From the NCBI GenBank assembly GCA_963765495.1, contig CAVXWP010000013.1, positions 96,001 to 160,000 of the forward strand: a DNA stretch of 64,000 bases, read 5' to 3'. Source of the DNA: Blastocatellia bacterium (GTDB lineage: Bacteria > Acidobacteriota > Blastocatellia > UBA7656). A program made the translations under genes and the position numbers. How positions within the stretch are numbered: position 1 is the first letter of the stretch; every line of letters starts with the position of its first letter. Below the pieces are notes generated by a model. That model was not told the DNA's origin, made no database searches, and saw nothing but the letters and a program-made list of their open reading frames with translations. Below are positions 17,514-28,276 of the stretch, one piece after another.

Positions 17514-17955
17514 TCTTAGAACTATCGAGAAGAATCGTCACCGGCCCGTCATTGATCAAACTCACCTGCATCATAGCCTGAAATACTCCCGTTTCGACTC
17601 TTCCGCCGAATCGGCGCGCACGCGCGACAAAGTGCTCATACAAAGCATTCGCCTTTTCCGGCTCAGCAGCTTCGATGTAAGAGGGACGGCGGCCACGGCG
17701 CGTGTCGCCATAGAGCGTGAATTGTGACACGACAAGCAGCGCCCCGCCCGTATCCGAAAGCGACCGGTTCATCCTCCCCTCTTCATCTCTGAATATGCGA
17801 AGCCCAAAGACCTTATCCGCCAGATAGTCTGCATCCTGCTCGGCGTCATCACGCGAAACCCCGAGCAAAACGAGCAGACCCGCGCCAATGCTGCCCACTG
17901 TTCGGTCTTCGATTTTGACAGAAGCTTCGGTGACTCTTTGCACTACTGCGCGCAT
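17506..17955 (-). CDS. dtd: D-aminoacyl-tRNA deacylase
   Basis: [13 protein letters not shown] and NDGPVT motifs. Confidence 0.97.
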   Translation of the reverse strand: MRAVVQRVTEASVKIEDRTVGSIGAGLLVLLGVSRDDAEQDADYLADKVFGLRIFRDEEGRMNRSLSDTGGALLVVSQFTLYGDTRRGRRPSYIEAAEPEKANALYEHFVARARRFGGRVETGVFQAMMQVSLINDGPVTILLDSSKKF

Positions 17956-17986
17956 AATCCGAATCCCTTTTTGTTTGAAAACAGCT

Positions 17987-18499
17987 TCATTTTCCTACCA
18001 TCAAAGTGCTGAATATCGAGAGCATATCGATGTGCAGCCGTCTGAGAGCCTGTTCGTATCCGGGCGAGATATACTCTATGGGGTTAGAGGTACCCGTGTG
18101 TATGGATTCATCGCGCACCTTTAGAGTGCTGAACAGATTGGTGCCTGTGACGCGCACGGCTACATCGTTTGGCACATGGACTGTACCTGTACCAAAGATC
18201 GAGGAGATGCTGATCTTTGTTTCACCGAGCGGTAGCGTTTCGGCCTTCAGATCGACGGTTATCGCGCCAAAGATGGTCAGGGCGCTGTGGCCGTCGAGGT
18301 CCCGTCCCTCGTTTGATACCTTGCCTCCCGTAAAAAAGGCCGTGGTCTGACCGCCGCCACGCGCAGTGATCACACGATTTCGAGACTCTGATTGAGCAAG
18401 CCGCTCGCCTACAACGGCGAGATTGGTCCCGCACGACCTGCAAAATTTCTCTCCCTTAGATTGCGCGCCACATTTCGGACAGAATATGGTTTGCCCCAT
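17987..18499 (-). CDS. Zinc-ribbon plus LiaF/DUF2154-like beta-domain protein
   Basis: CPKCG...FCRSCG at the N-terminus, then 'IFGAITVDL...[13 protein letters not shown]' beta repeats. Confidence 0.65.
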   Translation of the reverse strand: MGQTIFCPKCGAQSKGEKFCRSCGTNLAVVGERLAQSESRNRVITARGGGQTTAFFTGGKVSNEGRDLDGHSALTIFGAITVDLKAETLPLGETKISISSIFGTGTVHVPNDVAVRVTGTNLFSTLKVRDESIHTGTSNPIEYISPGYEQALRRLHIDMLSIFSTLMVGK

Positions 18500-18608
18500 T
18501 GATCTCCCTCTTCAAAACAAGAACCCTGTTGTTCCCGGCCAGTTTATCTTCAGATTAAATAGCTTCATAGCTTCGATTGGCTGCTGTCAAGTAACGGCGA
18601 TGCGAAAG

Positions 18609-19913
18609 CAGGGCTGTTGCAAAGTAGGCTCAACGACGCAATATTAGATTTAGGGCCTCTTGCGGATTGGCGTTGTAGCGCCGCCTTGCTTCCGGCAGAT
18701 TCTTCAAACCCTGCCTTAATACCATTGCGATTACCAGATTGTTTATCACTGCCAAGCTCTCTGCTGCATGCCCTGTCTTCAACCTACAATAGTCCTCTTT
18801 CATTGTCTTATCTCTTCGGTAGTGTAACCCATTCTCCACTTGCCAATGCTTTCGCACCACCTGTAGCATCCTTTCAGCATCTGCTTCCTTCTTTGTCAGG
18901 CTTGTTATTCCATAGCTTGTTTCGCTTCGCTTCTTTCCTGTAGACACTATTTCAACTTCTCGCTCTATCTTGTAGACTTGTTCCAAGTATGGCCAATCCA
19001 TCTCTCCTGCCATCATTGAACTTGTTGTTATCTTTCTGTGTTCAATTCGCCCGTGATGTTTCTCTATAGAGCAGGCTGTGGCCAGATCGTTTTTCATCTC
19101 TTTGAGTTTGGTTTTACCCTCTTCTATTTCGAACAATGTTTCAATCTCTGAGCGCAGGTGGGCTTGATTGTCCTTGACTGTCCAGACGTAATCGCCGCCA
19201 GCTTCGACGACTTGTCGAGAGAGTTCACGTTGTGCAAACATGGCATCACCAGTCACTATTTTCCCCTGTAAATCTATAGATTTAAGCAAGCGAGGGGCAG
19301 CAGATATTTCATTCTCTTTTGATCCTACTTCCATCTGCAAGAGCACAACGCCTTGATCTGGGAGATAGGCTGCAAGCAGATGCAACCCTTTAGTCTGACC
19401 TGCTGGTATAGTCCCTCTAAGAGTCTTTCCATCCATGTTCATTTCTACTGATTGTTCTGCTTTATCAGCAGAAAGCAGAAAGAGACTGAGAAGTTGTTGA
19501 AATTCATTAAGATCAAAAGCCTTGCCAAGTATACGAGAGTAAGTAGTAGGGTGAGGAGTGGAATCTCGATCAAAATCGAGAGCCTCACGAAGAAACTGCT
19601 TTCTCAAAGCAATCCAATGAGCAATGCCACGAGGCTCATCCTCGCCAGCAAGTTTAGCCAGAACGACAAAGACCAAAGCAAGTGCAAGAGGGTATCGCTT
19701 ACCTTTAGCTTTGCGATGATCTTTGAGATTCCCTAGATAATGATAGAGACTCCCGACATCGAAGAAAAAGGGAGAATCCCCAGGAACAATAGAAGCGGCA
19801 AAAGTGTTATACTCCATCAGAGACCTACCTCCGGTTTGTAAAGTGTTTGATTCAAAGAACAACCGGATAAGGTCTTTTCTCTTATCTTGTCAAGCTACTT
19901 TGCAACAGCCCTG
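18609..19913 (-). mobile_element. Complete ISAs1-family insertion sequence (1305 bp)
   Basis: Perfect 19-bp IRs CAGGGCTGTTGCAAAGTAG (18609-18627 and 19895-19913); 10-bp TSD GATGCGAAAG (18599-18608 and 19914-19923); visibly lower GC. Confidence 0.95.
18630..19817 (-). CDS. ISAs1-family transposase
   Basis: MDGKTLRG, KENEI, VTGDAMFAQ, VKDNQ, HGRIE and HWQVENGLHY..D; GGAGG RBS before ATG 19817. Confidence 0.95.
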   Translation of the reverse strand: MEYNTFAASIVPGDSPFFFDVGSLYHYLGNLKDHRKAKGKRYPLALALVFVVLAKLAGEDEPRGIAHWIALRKQFLREALDFDRDSTPHPTTYSRILGKAFDLNEFQQLLSLFLLSADKAEQSVEMNMDGKTLRGTIPAGQTKGLHLLAAYLPDQGVVLLQMEVGSKENEISAAPRLLKSIDLQGKIVTGDAMFAQRELSRQVVEAGGDYVWTVKDNQAHLRSEIETLFEIEEGKTKLKEMKNDLATACSIEKHHGRIEHRKITTSSMMAGEMDWPYLEQVYKIEREVEIVSTGKKRSETSYGITSLTKKEADAERMLQVVRKHWQVENGLHYRRDKTMKEDYCRLKTGHAAESLAVINNLVIAMVLRQGLKNLPEARRRYNANPQEALNLILRR

Positions 19914-20065
19914 GATGCGAAAGTATCAAGGAAGGAGGATCTGAGATTTGAAATTTTAGATTTGAAATCCCCGTCCTCAAGCAGCACGCATCTGTCCGTC
20001 TTTTTGCCTTTTGTCTTCCCGGTGTGTACAATCGAATAACTTGCTTTCGTTAATCTTTCGGAGGG

Positions 20066-20941
20066 TTGATTGTGTCACAGGGACCACCAGCGAGGCTCGG
20101 CATTATTACCAAGCCGCACGAACCGCGCGCAGCTGATCTGGCAGCCCGGATCGCCGAATGGGCGGCCGAGCACGAAATCAACCTCTTTGTAAACGACCGC
20201 GTAACGGAACTCCCGCCCGGCACTTTTTCTGCCACAGCCCGCGAGATAGCAGATCATTGCGATCTACTGATCGTTCTTGGCGGAGACGGAACCATGATTG
20301 CCACAGCCCGTCTCGTGCGCGGCAGCGGCACTCCGGTGCTTGGAATCAATCTCGGCACGCTCGGCTATCTGACCGAGTTTTCCGCCGAAGACGCAATACC
20401 GGCGCTCGAAGATGTGATCCGAGGCAATTATAGAATCGACCGTCGCACGATGCTTGGCTGGCGCGTGCTTCGCGACGGGGATCAGATAGCCCAATCCACC
20501 GCGCTCAATGACATCGTGGTTAACAAATCTGCGCTGGCCCGCATAATAGATATTGATTGCTGGATAGGGACCAATTACGTCACAACCTTTCGCGCAGACG
20601 GGTTGATTGTGGCCACGCCTACCGGCTCGACCGCTTACAATCTTTCGGCGGGCGGACCGATCATTTATCCGAGCACGCAGGGGCTTTCAATCTGCCCGAT
20701 TTGCCCTCATACGCTTACGAACCGACCGCTCGTCCTTCCAGATACCGCCGACATCAAGCTGCAAGTTCATACGCGCGATCAGGAAGTCATGATAACTGCC
20801 GACGGGCAGACGGGACTCCCCCTGATGCCGGGCGATCTGATACATATAAATAAGAGCGACAGGACATTCAATACCGTTTGCGCGGAAGACAGCGATTATT
20901 TCCAGATACTGCGCAACAAGCTGAAATGGAGCGGACGCTGA
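20066..20941 (+). CDS. nadK: NAD kinase
   Basis: GGDGT, GINLGTLGYL, LND, DGLIVATPTGSTAY and ICPH. Confidence 0.96.
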   Translation: MIVSQGPPARLGIITKPHEPRAADLAARIAEWAAEHEINLFVNDRVTELPPGTFSATAREIADHCDLLIVLGGDGTMIATARLVRGSGTPVLGINLGTLGYLTEFSAEDAIPALEDVIRGNYRIDRRTMLGWRVLRDGDQIAQSTALNDIVVNKSALARIIDIDCWIGTNYVTTFRADGLIVATPTGSTAYNLSAGGPIIYPSTQGLSICPICPHTLTNRPLVLPDTADIKLQVHTRDQEVMITADGQTGLPLMPGDLIHINKSDRTFNTVCAEDSDYFQILRNKLKWSGR

Positions 20942-21000
20942 AAATTAAATGCCTGAACGCTTCGCCGCGTTGCAAAGAGAAACGTCTATGAGGTTCACTC

Positions 21001-21744
21001 ATGTTGCTGCCTATCGGAGACGATAACCAGGGAAGACTCTCAACGCCTTTCGTCGTTTATATAATCGTCGCCATAAACGTGCTTGTGTTTCTGTTACAGC
21101 TTTCCGGCGGCGACGAGTTCACCTCCGCTTATGCCGTCGTGCCCTACGAAATCACCCACGGCGTAGATCTTGTCCAGGCAGTCAGGATACCCAACGTGGG
21201 GGTCATTCCGCAGGCTCCCGGCCCGACACCCATCTTCCTGACCATCTTCACCTCTATGTTTATGCACGGCGGATTCATGCACATAGCCGGAAACATGCTC
21301 TACCTGTGGATATTCGGCGACAATATCGAAGACAACTTCGGCCATCTGAAATTCCTGATCTTTTATCTGGTCTGCGGTGTTGCTGCCTCATTCTCTCAAA
21401 TACTGGTCGATCCGAATTCGATGATCCCGTCGCTCGGCGCATCGGGCGCGATTGCGGGCGTGCTCGGCGCTTATCTGATTATGTTTCCACGCAATCGGGT
21501 CCGCGTACTTACACTCACATTGATACTTACGACTTTTGAATTGCCCGCCGTCGTCGTACTCGGTTTCTGGATAGTGTTGCAGGTAATCAGCCAGTATACG
21601 GCCTTTGCCAACACACAGCTATCACAGGGGGGCGTGGCCTACATGGCGCATATAGGCGGATTCGTTGCGGGAGTAATCCTTACTTTTCTTTTCCGGCGAC
21701 CGCTCAGGACTTCTTACAGAGATTCGTTTTATGAGCGGGATTGA
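21001..21744 (+). CDS. Rhomboid family intramembrane serine protease
   Basis: HGGFMHIAGNM, GASG and AHIGG. Confidence 0.93.
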   Translation: MLLPIGDDNQGRLSTPFVVYIIVAINVLVFLLQLSGGDEFTSAYAVVPYEITHGVDLVQAVRIPNVGVIPQAPGPTPIFLTIFTSMFMHGGFMHIAGNMLYLWIFGDNIEDNFGHLKFLIFYLVCGVAASFSQILVDPNSMIPSLGASGAIAGVLGAYLIMFPRNRVRVLTLTLILTTFELPAVVVLGFWIVLQVISQYTAFANTQLSQGGVAYMAHIGGFVAGVILTFLFRRPLRTSYRDSFYERD

Positions 21745-21771
21745 TCCTCAAACAACCTGTCCCTTTGATTT

Positions 21772-22542
21772 ATGATCGTACTAGATAATCTGACCAAGCT
21801 CTACTACCCAGCCACCGCCGTGGACCACGTGAGCCTCGTCATACCGTCGGGGCAACTTGTAGGCTATCTCGGCCCGAACGGCGCGGGCAAATCGACTACG
21901 GTCAAGATGCTGACGGGGATGATAGCTCCTTCGTCGGGCCGCGCGGAAATTTACGGCCTAGACATAGAACGCGACACCATAGAAGTCAAACGATTGATCG
22001 GCTACGTGCCTGAGTCGGGCGCGGTCTATGAGACGCTGACAGGCGGCGAATACCTTGAAATGGTAGGCCGTTTGTACGGCATGGAGGACGCAATCATCCG
22101 CGACCGCATAGCGAAGTTTGCAGATTTTTTCGAGCTTGACCGCGCGACCCTTGACCGAAAGATGCTCTCGGCTTATTCGAAGGGCATGAAGCAAAAGGTG
22201 GTAATTTCAGCGGCGCTCATTCACAACCCGCGAGTGATATTTTTCGACGAGCCGCTAAACGGGCTCGATGCCAGCACTCAACTTATGCTCAAGACCCTTA
22301 TCAAAAGCCTCGCCACAGAAGGGAAGACCATCTTTTATTGCTCGCACGTGCTCGATGTGGTTGAGCGCATGTGCGACCGCATCGTCATCATCGATCACGG
22401 GCGAATAGTGGCCGACGGCACGCTGGCCGAGCTTCAGATCGCGAGCGGCGAAGGGTCGCTCGAACGCATATTCAACAAGCTCACGGCGCACACCAATCTG
22501 GAAGAGCGCGCAGAAGAATTCTCGAAAACATTCAGCTTCTGA
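21772..22542 (+). CDS. ABC transporter ATP-binding protein
   Basis: GPNGAGKST, YSKGM, FFDEP and the SH switch. Confidence 0.95.
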   Translation: MIVLDNLTKLYYPATAVDHVSLVIPSGQLVGYLGPNGAGKSTTVKMLTGMIAPSSGRAEIYGLDIERDTIEVKRLIGYVPESGAVYETLTGGEYLEMVGRLYGMEDAIIRDRIAKFADFFELDRATLDRKMLSAYSKGMKQKVVISAALIHNPRVIFFDEPLNGLDASTQLMLKTLIKSLATEGKTIFYCSHVLDVVERMCDRIVIIDHGRIVADGTLAELQIASGEGSLERIFNKLTAHTNLEERAEEFSKTFSF

Positions 22543-24245
22543 TGAATACCGAATTCGTCACAACTCGCGCGCTCAAGAGATACGATATCGACGCCCGGCA
22601 GGTGTGGACTCTGTTTGTCATCTATCTGAAGCAGGACCTCCGCAGCGGCAAGGCGCTTATGGGTTCGAGCAAGAAAGAGTATCTCTCTTCCAACCGAACG
22701 CTGATCGTGACCTTTGGAATGTACATGGCCTTGAGCCTCAGCATCTGCCTGCTTGTCGTGATGGATATAGATGTCTTTGTCTTTTCGATTTTTACGTCGA
22801 GTTTTACATTCTTTATCGTATCGCTGGGAGTTCTGGCCGAATCCGGCAACGTCATATTCAATCAGGCCGAAGTAGACATAATCGGCCATCTGCCCATAGG
22901 CGCGCGCACTCTTTTTGCTGCGAAGTTGCTGAACCTGCTCTCATTCACATTGCTGCTTACGGTTGCCTCGAACCTTCTGCCCGCGATTTGCGGCATCTGG
23001 GCGACGCGCTCAAACGCGCTGTTTTTCCTCGCGCACTCGCTGTCGGCCGCGCTCCTCGGGTTGTTTGCCACGTCGCTTGTCGTCACAAGCTACGGCGCGC
23101 TTATGCGCTATGTGAGCAAAGAGCGATTCGACTCCATAGCCGCATATTCTCAGGCCCTGCTGGCCCTGTTCTTCATGCTGGCCTATCAGTTATTGCCTCG
23201 CCTGATGGGCCGGATTGAGCTGGAGCGCATCGCCCAATTCAACTGGTATTACCTGCTGTATCCGCCCGCGTGGTTTTCCGGCATAACGATGCTCGTGATA
23301 GGAGAGGCGGATGCAGGTTCGGTCGCGCTCGCGTTTCTTGCAGTTCTGTCGCTGATAATTCTGGGCCTGATAGCATTGCGCAAAGTCGCAAGCGTCTATT
23401 CCTCTTTTCTGATGCAACTCGCTTACGGCTCAGGCAAGGTAAAGCCGGGCAAGATGGAAAGCATTTCGACGGGCGCGCAAGTACCGCGCAGGCCCGGAAT
23501 CAAACAGATGGCGCGCAAGATGTTTCTTCCTCGCCCTGTCGAGCGCGGCGTGTTCGATCTTGTTTCGGTTTATCTGAGGCGCAACCGCGAGATCAAAGTT
23601 CGGCTTTATCCGTCGCTCGCCTACTTCATTATCTTTCCGCTGATCGCGCTGCTCAGAGAAGGTTTGCCCGACCCCTTTATCGAAGACGGCCCGTCATTTT
23701 ACTCTTTGATGGGGGCGGCGATGGTCTGTTTCGTCGCGCTCACGGCTATCGAGGGACTGATCTTTTCCGAGCACTACGAGGCAGCCTATATCTTTTACGT
23801 AGCGCCGATAAATAGGGCAGGCGAAATCTATAGCGGCATCCGAAAGGTGATACTGGTCTATGTCGCGCTGCCGGGGTTTGCGACTCTGTTTTTACTCTAC
23901 GCGCTCTTATGGCGCACGCCCGTGCACGCATTGCTGGTGCTCACTCCGTGGATGATGCTCGCGCCTGTTCTGCTGCTGGTTCCCTTCCTGTTCAGGCAGG
24001 TGCTGCCGCTTGCGCGCAAGTATCAAAAGGGGCAGCAATCGGCACGCAATTTCGTTATACTCTTCGCAAGCAGTTCGGGTCTGTTCTGCTTTGGCGCTTT
24101 GCAAACCCTGGGCTTGAAAGGCTTCTTCCCCTACTGGCTCTACCTGATCTTCACCGCTATCGCCTCGCTTTTGATCTACTTTACGCTAGGCAAATTGACC
24201 CTTGAGTCGAGCCCTCTGGTCCTGAGACAGGATTTACGGCAATAA
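22542..24245 (+). CDS. Putative ABC exporter permease
   Basis: About 12 hydrophobic segments; ATG overlaps the ATPase stop (TGATG coupling). Confidence 0.75.
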   Translation: MNTEFVTTRALKRYDIDARQVWTLFVIYLKQDLRSGKALMGSSKKEYLSSNRTLIVTFGMYMALSLSICLLVVMDIDVFVFSIFTSSFTFFIVSLGVLAESGNVIFNQAEVDIIGHLPIGARTLFAAKLLNLLSFTLLLTVASNLLPAICGIWATRSNALFFLAHSLSAALLGLFATSLVVTSYGALMRYVSKERFDSIAAYSQALLALFFMLAYQLLPRLMGRIELERIAQFNWYYLLYPPAWFSGITMLVIGEADAGSVALAFLAVLSLIILGLIALRKVASVYSSFLMQLAYGSGKVKPGKMESISTGAQVPRRPGIKQMARKMFLPRPVERGVFDLVSVYLRRNREIKVRLYPSLAYFIIFPLIALLREGLPDPFIEDGPSFYSLMGAAMVCFVALTAIEGLIFSEHYEAAYIFYVAPINRAGEIYSGIRKVILVYVALPGFATLFLLYALLWRTPVHALLVLTPWMMLAPVLLLVPFLFRQVLPLARKYQKGQQSARNFVILFASSSGLFCFGALQTLGLKGFFPYWLYLIFTAIASLLIYFTLGKLTLESSPLVLRQDLRQ

Positions 24246-24304
24246 CATCCAGCCACGATTGAATACGATTGAAGCAGGCTGCTACACTGATAGTTTGATT
24301 TTTT

Positions 24305-24739
24305 GTGAAGGAGCCTTTCATGACAGAAGAAGTATTAGAGCATTCGGGACTGGTGATTGAAGAGACGCCCGCCGATGCTCTGGAGCTTTATCCGCTCGAC
24401 ACGTTTGAGTATAAATATGTCGGCAAAGAGATCACCATCTCATTCACCTGCCCCGAGTTCACAGCCATCTGCCCGTTTTCGGATTTCCCAGATTTTGCCA
24501 CGATCAAACTCGATTACGTGCCGAACCGGCTCTGCATAGAATTGAAATCGCTCAAGCTCTATATAAACTCGTTTCGCTCGGTAAAGATATTTCACGAGCA
24601 CGTGGTGAATCGCATAATGGATGATTTCGTCCGCGCCTCGGACCCTCTGCGAGTCGAGATCGAAGGCGATTTCCACGTGCGCGGAAACATCAAGACCGTG
24701 ATTCGCGCTTCATATAATCGAAGCGAAACCCGGAGGTGA
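24305..24739 (+). CDS. queF: NADPH-dependent 7-cyano-7-deazaguanine reductase (preQ1 synthase, unimodular)
   Basis: PEFTAICP...[12 protein letters not shown] and HE. Confidence 0.92.
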   Translation: MKEPFMTEEVLEHSGLVIEETPADALELYPLDTFEYKYVGKEITISFTCPEFTAICPFSDFPDFATIKLDYVPNRLCIELKSLKLYINSFRSVKIFHEHVVNRIMDDFVRASDPLRVEIEGDFHVRGNIKTVIRASYNRSETRR

Positions 24740-24769
24740 AGAGGCTCTGTTTCGGATGAGGATTCGGCT

Positions 24770-25069
24770 ATGGAAATGGAGAAATCATATTATGTAGTCA
24801 CCTGCAAACCGGCATATCTTGAATTGCTTCGAGCAACCGGGACGGCAGGCGACGGCGACGAACCTGTTTCGAAAAGATTGATTATCACCATAACGCAGGG
24901 CGGGTTCGGGCAGGATGTTATTGACGACGAGCGACAGGCGAAGGAACGGTTTCTGGAACATCTATTCTACTCAAGTGATATTGATCTGCCGCGCTCGGCT
25001 GAGAGTTTCGATCAGTATTTCGAGCTTGAAGAGGCAGGCGAATTTATCGACCTCGACGAAGAAGTTTAA
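24770..25069 (+). CDS. Hypothetical acidic protein
   Basis: 99-aa ORF in operon position with a GAGGA RBS. Confidence 0.6.
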   Translation: MEMEKSYYVVTCKPAYLELLRATGTAGDGDEPVSKRLIITITQGGFGQDVIDDERQAKERFLEHLFYSSDIDLPRSAESFDQYFELEEAGEFIDLDEEV

Positions 25070-25074
25070 CGATT

Positions 25075-25977
25075 ATGGAAATTCCTATACTCTCCCCCCT
25101 CGGATTCAGTTTTAAGCGAACGGCGATAAGTCACGGCTGGACAGATTTGCCGCCCTTCGAGTTTGACGAGCAGAACTGGACCATTACGCGAGTTCTCGAC
25201 AGCGGAGGCGCGCAACCCGTAACGGTAAAGATATTCGAAGCAGGCCCGGAGATAAAGATCAGCGTCAAGGGGCGCGCGGGTCGTCGCGCTTCTGAAAAAA
25301 TCGCCCGCGATGTGCGCCACATGCTCAGACTCGATGACGACATGCAGGCGTTTTACGAACGCGTGGCGCGCGAGCCGGACTTCGAATGGATAGTGAGGGC
25401 GGGCGCGGGCCGCCTGCTTCGCGGTCCCACGGTTTTTGAAGACCTGGTCAAGACAATGTGCACTACGAATTGCTCGTGGGCACTGACAAAGAAGATGGTC
25501 GCCGGGCTTGTGAACAACCTCGGCGCTGAAGCAAAGGACGGGCGGCGCGATTTCCCTGCGCCCGAGGCCATGGCCGCCGCACCCGAAAGCTTCTACCGCG
25601 ATGAGGTTCGCGCAGGTTATCGCGCTCCTTACTTGAAGGAGCTTGCCGACCGCGTAGCCTCCGGCTCGCTCGACCCGGAGACGTGGCTTTCAAGCGATCT
25701 GCCCGATATGGAGCTAAAACGCGAGATGAAGCGGGTCAAAGGCGTAGGCGATTACGCCGCAGAAAATCTCTTAAAACTCGTAGGCCGGTACGATGGGCTT
25801 GCGCTCGATTCGTGGGTGCGAGCCAAGTTTGCCCGCACTCATAACGGCGGGCGCGAGGCTCCCGATAAAAAAATCGAGCGGTATTATTCGCGTTTCGGCG
25901 TGTGGCGAGGGCTTGCGCTCTGGTGCGATATGACGCGCGACTGGCTCGATTCAAAAGAAGAGTTCGCCAAATGGTAA
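25075..25977 (+). CDS. HhH-GPD DNA glycosylase (AlkA/OGG1-like)
   Basis: FEDLVKTMCTTN, FP.PE, GYRA, KGVGDYAA and LDSW. Confidence 0.8.
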   Translation: MEIPILSPLGFSFKRTAISHGWTDLPPFEFDEQNWTITRVLDSGGAQPVTVKIFEAGPEIKISVKGRAGRRASEKIARDVRHMLRLDDDMQAFYERVAREPDFEWIVRAGAGRLLRGPTVFEDLVKTMCTTNCSWALTKKMVAGLVNNLGAEAKDGRRDFPAPEAMAAAPESFYRDEVRAGYRAPYLKELADRVASGSLDPETWLSSDLPDMELKREMKRVKGVGDYAAENLLKLVGRYDGLALDSWVRAKFARTHNGGREAPDKKIERYYSRFGVWRGLALWCDMTRDWLDSKEEFAKW

Positions 25978-25986
25978 TTCGTAATA

Positions 25987-26052
25987 GCCACCGCAGGCAC
26001 AGAGACACAGAGCTTTTATGAATTTTTCTCTGTGTCTCTGTGCCTCTGTGGC
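25987..26052. repeat. Octamer hairpin (CACAGAG[G/A])n between convergent genes
   Basis: GGCACAGAGACACAGAG / CTCTGTGTCTCTGTGCC. Confidence 0.85.
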
Positions 26053-26067
26053 AAATTTTTGTGTAGG

Positions 26068-26742
26068 TCAATCCGGCGTCTCGCCCGTCTTAAGCGATGA
26101 CGAAGGGCAGAGCGGCTCAACCGAACACTCGCCGCAAAGCGGATTTCGCGCCTTGCACACGTTGCGCCCGTGATAGATCAAAAGATGCGAAAAATCTATC
26201 CAGTCTTTTTTTGGCACCATCTCCATCAAATCGCGCTCGATCTTTTCCGGCTGATCCTGATGGCTAAGACCAAGCCGTCTGGATAACCTCTGAACATGCG
26301 TATCTACAACCACGCCGCTGGCGACACCGAAGGCGTTTCCCATCACTACGTTTGCCGTCTTGCGCGCCACGCCCGGCAGCCCGAGCAAGGATTCAAAATC
26401 ATCAGGCACGCGGCCCGCGAAATTTTCAGAGATCATCCTGCACGCGCCCTGAATTGATTTTGCCTTGTTGCGAAAAAATCCCGTAGAGTGAATGTCCTGT
26501 TCGAGTTCCGACTGCGGCACTCGCAGATAGTCATCACAGTTACGATACTTTCTGAACAACTCGGCGGTGACTTTATTGACGCGCTCGTCCGTGCACTGAG
26601 CCGAAAGTATAGTGGCGATCAGCAGTTCGAGCGGATTCGAATGATTGAGGCTGCATCGCGCCTCGGGATATGTTCGCCTTAGCAGGCGGATTATCTTGCG
26701 AGTTCTCTGTTTCTCTTCCGAATGTGCCAAGTTTCCTCTCAA
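26068..26742 (-). CDS. nth: Endonuclease III
   Basis: LSAQCTD, LPGVARKTA, VDTHV and the Fe-S motif C-x6-C-x2-C-x5-C. Confidence 0.96.
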   Translation of the reverse strand: MRGNLAHSEEKQRTRKIIRLLRRTYPEARCSLNHSNPLELLIATILSAQCTDERVNKVTAELFRKYRNCDDYLRVPQSELEQDIHSTGFFRNKAKSIQGACRMISENFAGRVPDDFESLLGLPGVARKTANVVMGNAFGVASGVVVDTHVQRLSRRLGLSHQDQPEKIERDLMEMVPKKDWIDFSHLLIYHGRNVCKARNPLCGECSVEPLCPSSSLKTGETPD

Positions 26743-26765
26743 CTTTCAAAGTCTCAAATCTCAAA

Positions 26766-28106
26766 TCACTCCCCAAGGTGCGCTCCCATCATCAGTCCCT
26801 CGATCTCTTCAATCGTCTTTGGGACGCGCGCCGACAGCACTTCGCAACCGTTTTCGGTAACCAGCACGTCATCTTCGATTCGCACGCCTATGCCGCGATA
26901 ACGCGGATCAACGTCTTCGGCGTCTTCGGCGATGTAGATTCCGGGCTCGATGGTCATCACCATCCCGGGCGCTAGACGACGCCATTCGTCGGCCACCTTG
27001 TATGGCCCCGCATCGTGGACATCCATCCCCAGCCAGTGACTCGTCCTGTGCATGTAAAACTTCTTGTACTTCTCTTCCTTTATCAGGGTGTCAACATCGC
27101 CTTCAAGCAATCCGACTTCGACCATTCCTTCGACAAGCACCCGCAGCGCCCGCTCGTGCGGTTCGATAAACGTAGCCCCGGGGCGTACGAGGTTTATGGC
27201 TTCCATTTGCGCTTTCAGAACTATGTTGTAAATCGTCTCCTGGTCTTCGGTGAACGTGCCGCTAGCGGGCAGTGTCCTCGTCACATCGCCCGTGTAATAG
27301 CCAAACTCCGTTCCGGCATCTATCAACACGAGATCGCCTTCTTTGATGCGGCGGGTGTTGGTCGTATAGTGCAGGATGGTCGCATTCGGGCCGGAAGCGA
27401 CTATTGTAGGGTAGCCTGCGCGAGGGCTGCCGTTTTTGCGAAAGACATAAAGCAAGGCGGCCTCGAGTTCGTATTCGTAGGTCATCGGGCGGAGCGACCG
27501 CATCGCGGTCAGATGCCCGTCGCACGTAATATCAATCGCGCGGCGCAACAGTTGAAGCTCCTCGTCTGTTTTGACAAGACGCATCTCGTGAAGAATTTCA
27601 GCCGGGTCAATCACGGCATTCGGCCCTGTGCCGTTTCGCTGCCGCTCGCGCTGAAAGCGCCGCATCCAGCCTATCAGCCGTTCGTCGAATGTAGGATCGC
27701 TGCCAAAGCGATAGTAAATACTGTTTGCCTTGGCCGCCAGCTTTGGCAGTTCCTCATCAAGCTTGTCTATGGTGAAGGCGGCGTCGGCCCCGTAGTCGCG
27801 TTTAGCCCCCTCATCGCCCGCGCGCCAGCCGGTCCAGACTTCGCGTTCGCGGTCTTTGGGCTGAACGAAGAGGACGAATTTATGCTCCGGGTGTTCAGGC
27901 GCAAGCACAGCGATTGCGCCCGGTTCCTCAAATCCGGTCAGATAATAAAAATCGGTGTCCTGGCGGTATTCGTGCTCGACATCGCCGTTGCGAAGAAAGG
28001 TGGGCGCGGCCGGGAATATCGCTATGCCGCTACTTATGCGATTCATGAACTCTTCGCGTCTCTGTCTGAGTCTGATCCCGGATGAATTATTTGGAGTGGC
28101 TGTCAT
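26766..28106 (-). CDS. pepP: Xaa-Pro aminopeptidase
   Basis: YRQDTDFYYLTGF, LHY, DAG...DVTRT, HWLGMDVHD, TIEPG and GVRIEDD. Confidence 0.95.
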   Translation of the reverse strand: MTATPNNSSGIRLRQRREEFMNRISSGIAIFPAAPTFLRNGDVEHEYRQDTDFYYLTGFEEPGAIAVLAPEHPEHKFVLFVQPKDREREVWTGWRAGDEGAKRDYGADAAFTIDKLDEELPKLAAKANSIYYRFGSDPTFDERLIGWMRRFQRERQRNGTGPNAVIDPAEILHEMRLVKTDEELQLLRRAIDITCDGHLTAMRSLRPMTYEYELEAALLYVFRKNGSPRAGYPTIVASGPNATILHYTTNTRRIKEGDLVLIDAGTEFGYYTGDVTRTLPASGTFTEDQETIYNIVLKAQMEAINLVRPGATFIEPHERALRVLVEGMVEVGLLEGDVDTLIKEEKYKKFYMHRTSHWLGMDVHDAGPYKVADEWRRLAPGMVMTIEPGIYIAEDAEDVDPRYRGIGVRIEDDVLVTENGCEVLSARVPKTIEEIEGLMMGAHLGE

Positions 28107-28240
28107 CTTTCACCTGAACGTCTTCGAAATTTATTTACGCCTGCCTGGGCGCATCAATCGTCCACAGGCATTCATATCCTATCATAATTATTATGCGGCG
28201 GGGCATTCGACCCGTTTTCGCGCGGCCTTCCATCTGTAGC

Positions 28241-28269
28241 TTGACACCCGCCTCCTACGACTATATTTT
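28241..28269 (+). promoter_or_regulatory. Promoter that probably gives a leaderless mRNA
   Basis: TTGACA-17-TATTTT ends 7 nt before ATG 28277; no SD. Confidence 0.5.
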
Positions 28270-28276
28270 CGAAGCG

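Noticed and set aside
22371-22541. N-terminal extension of the permease
   Set aside because: It overlaps the ABC ATPase; TGATG coupling supports 22542.
24246-24320. preQ1 riboswitch upstream of queF
   Set aside because: No recognisable preQ1 stem-loop or A-rich tail; only a short ACGATTGAA duplication.
27015-28085. 356-aa plus-strand ORF
   Set aside because: Antisense shadow of the well-supported pepP; no recognisable motifs.
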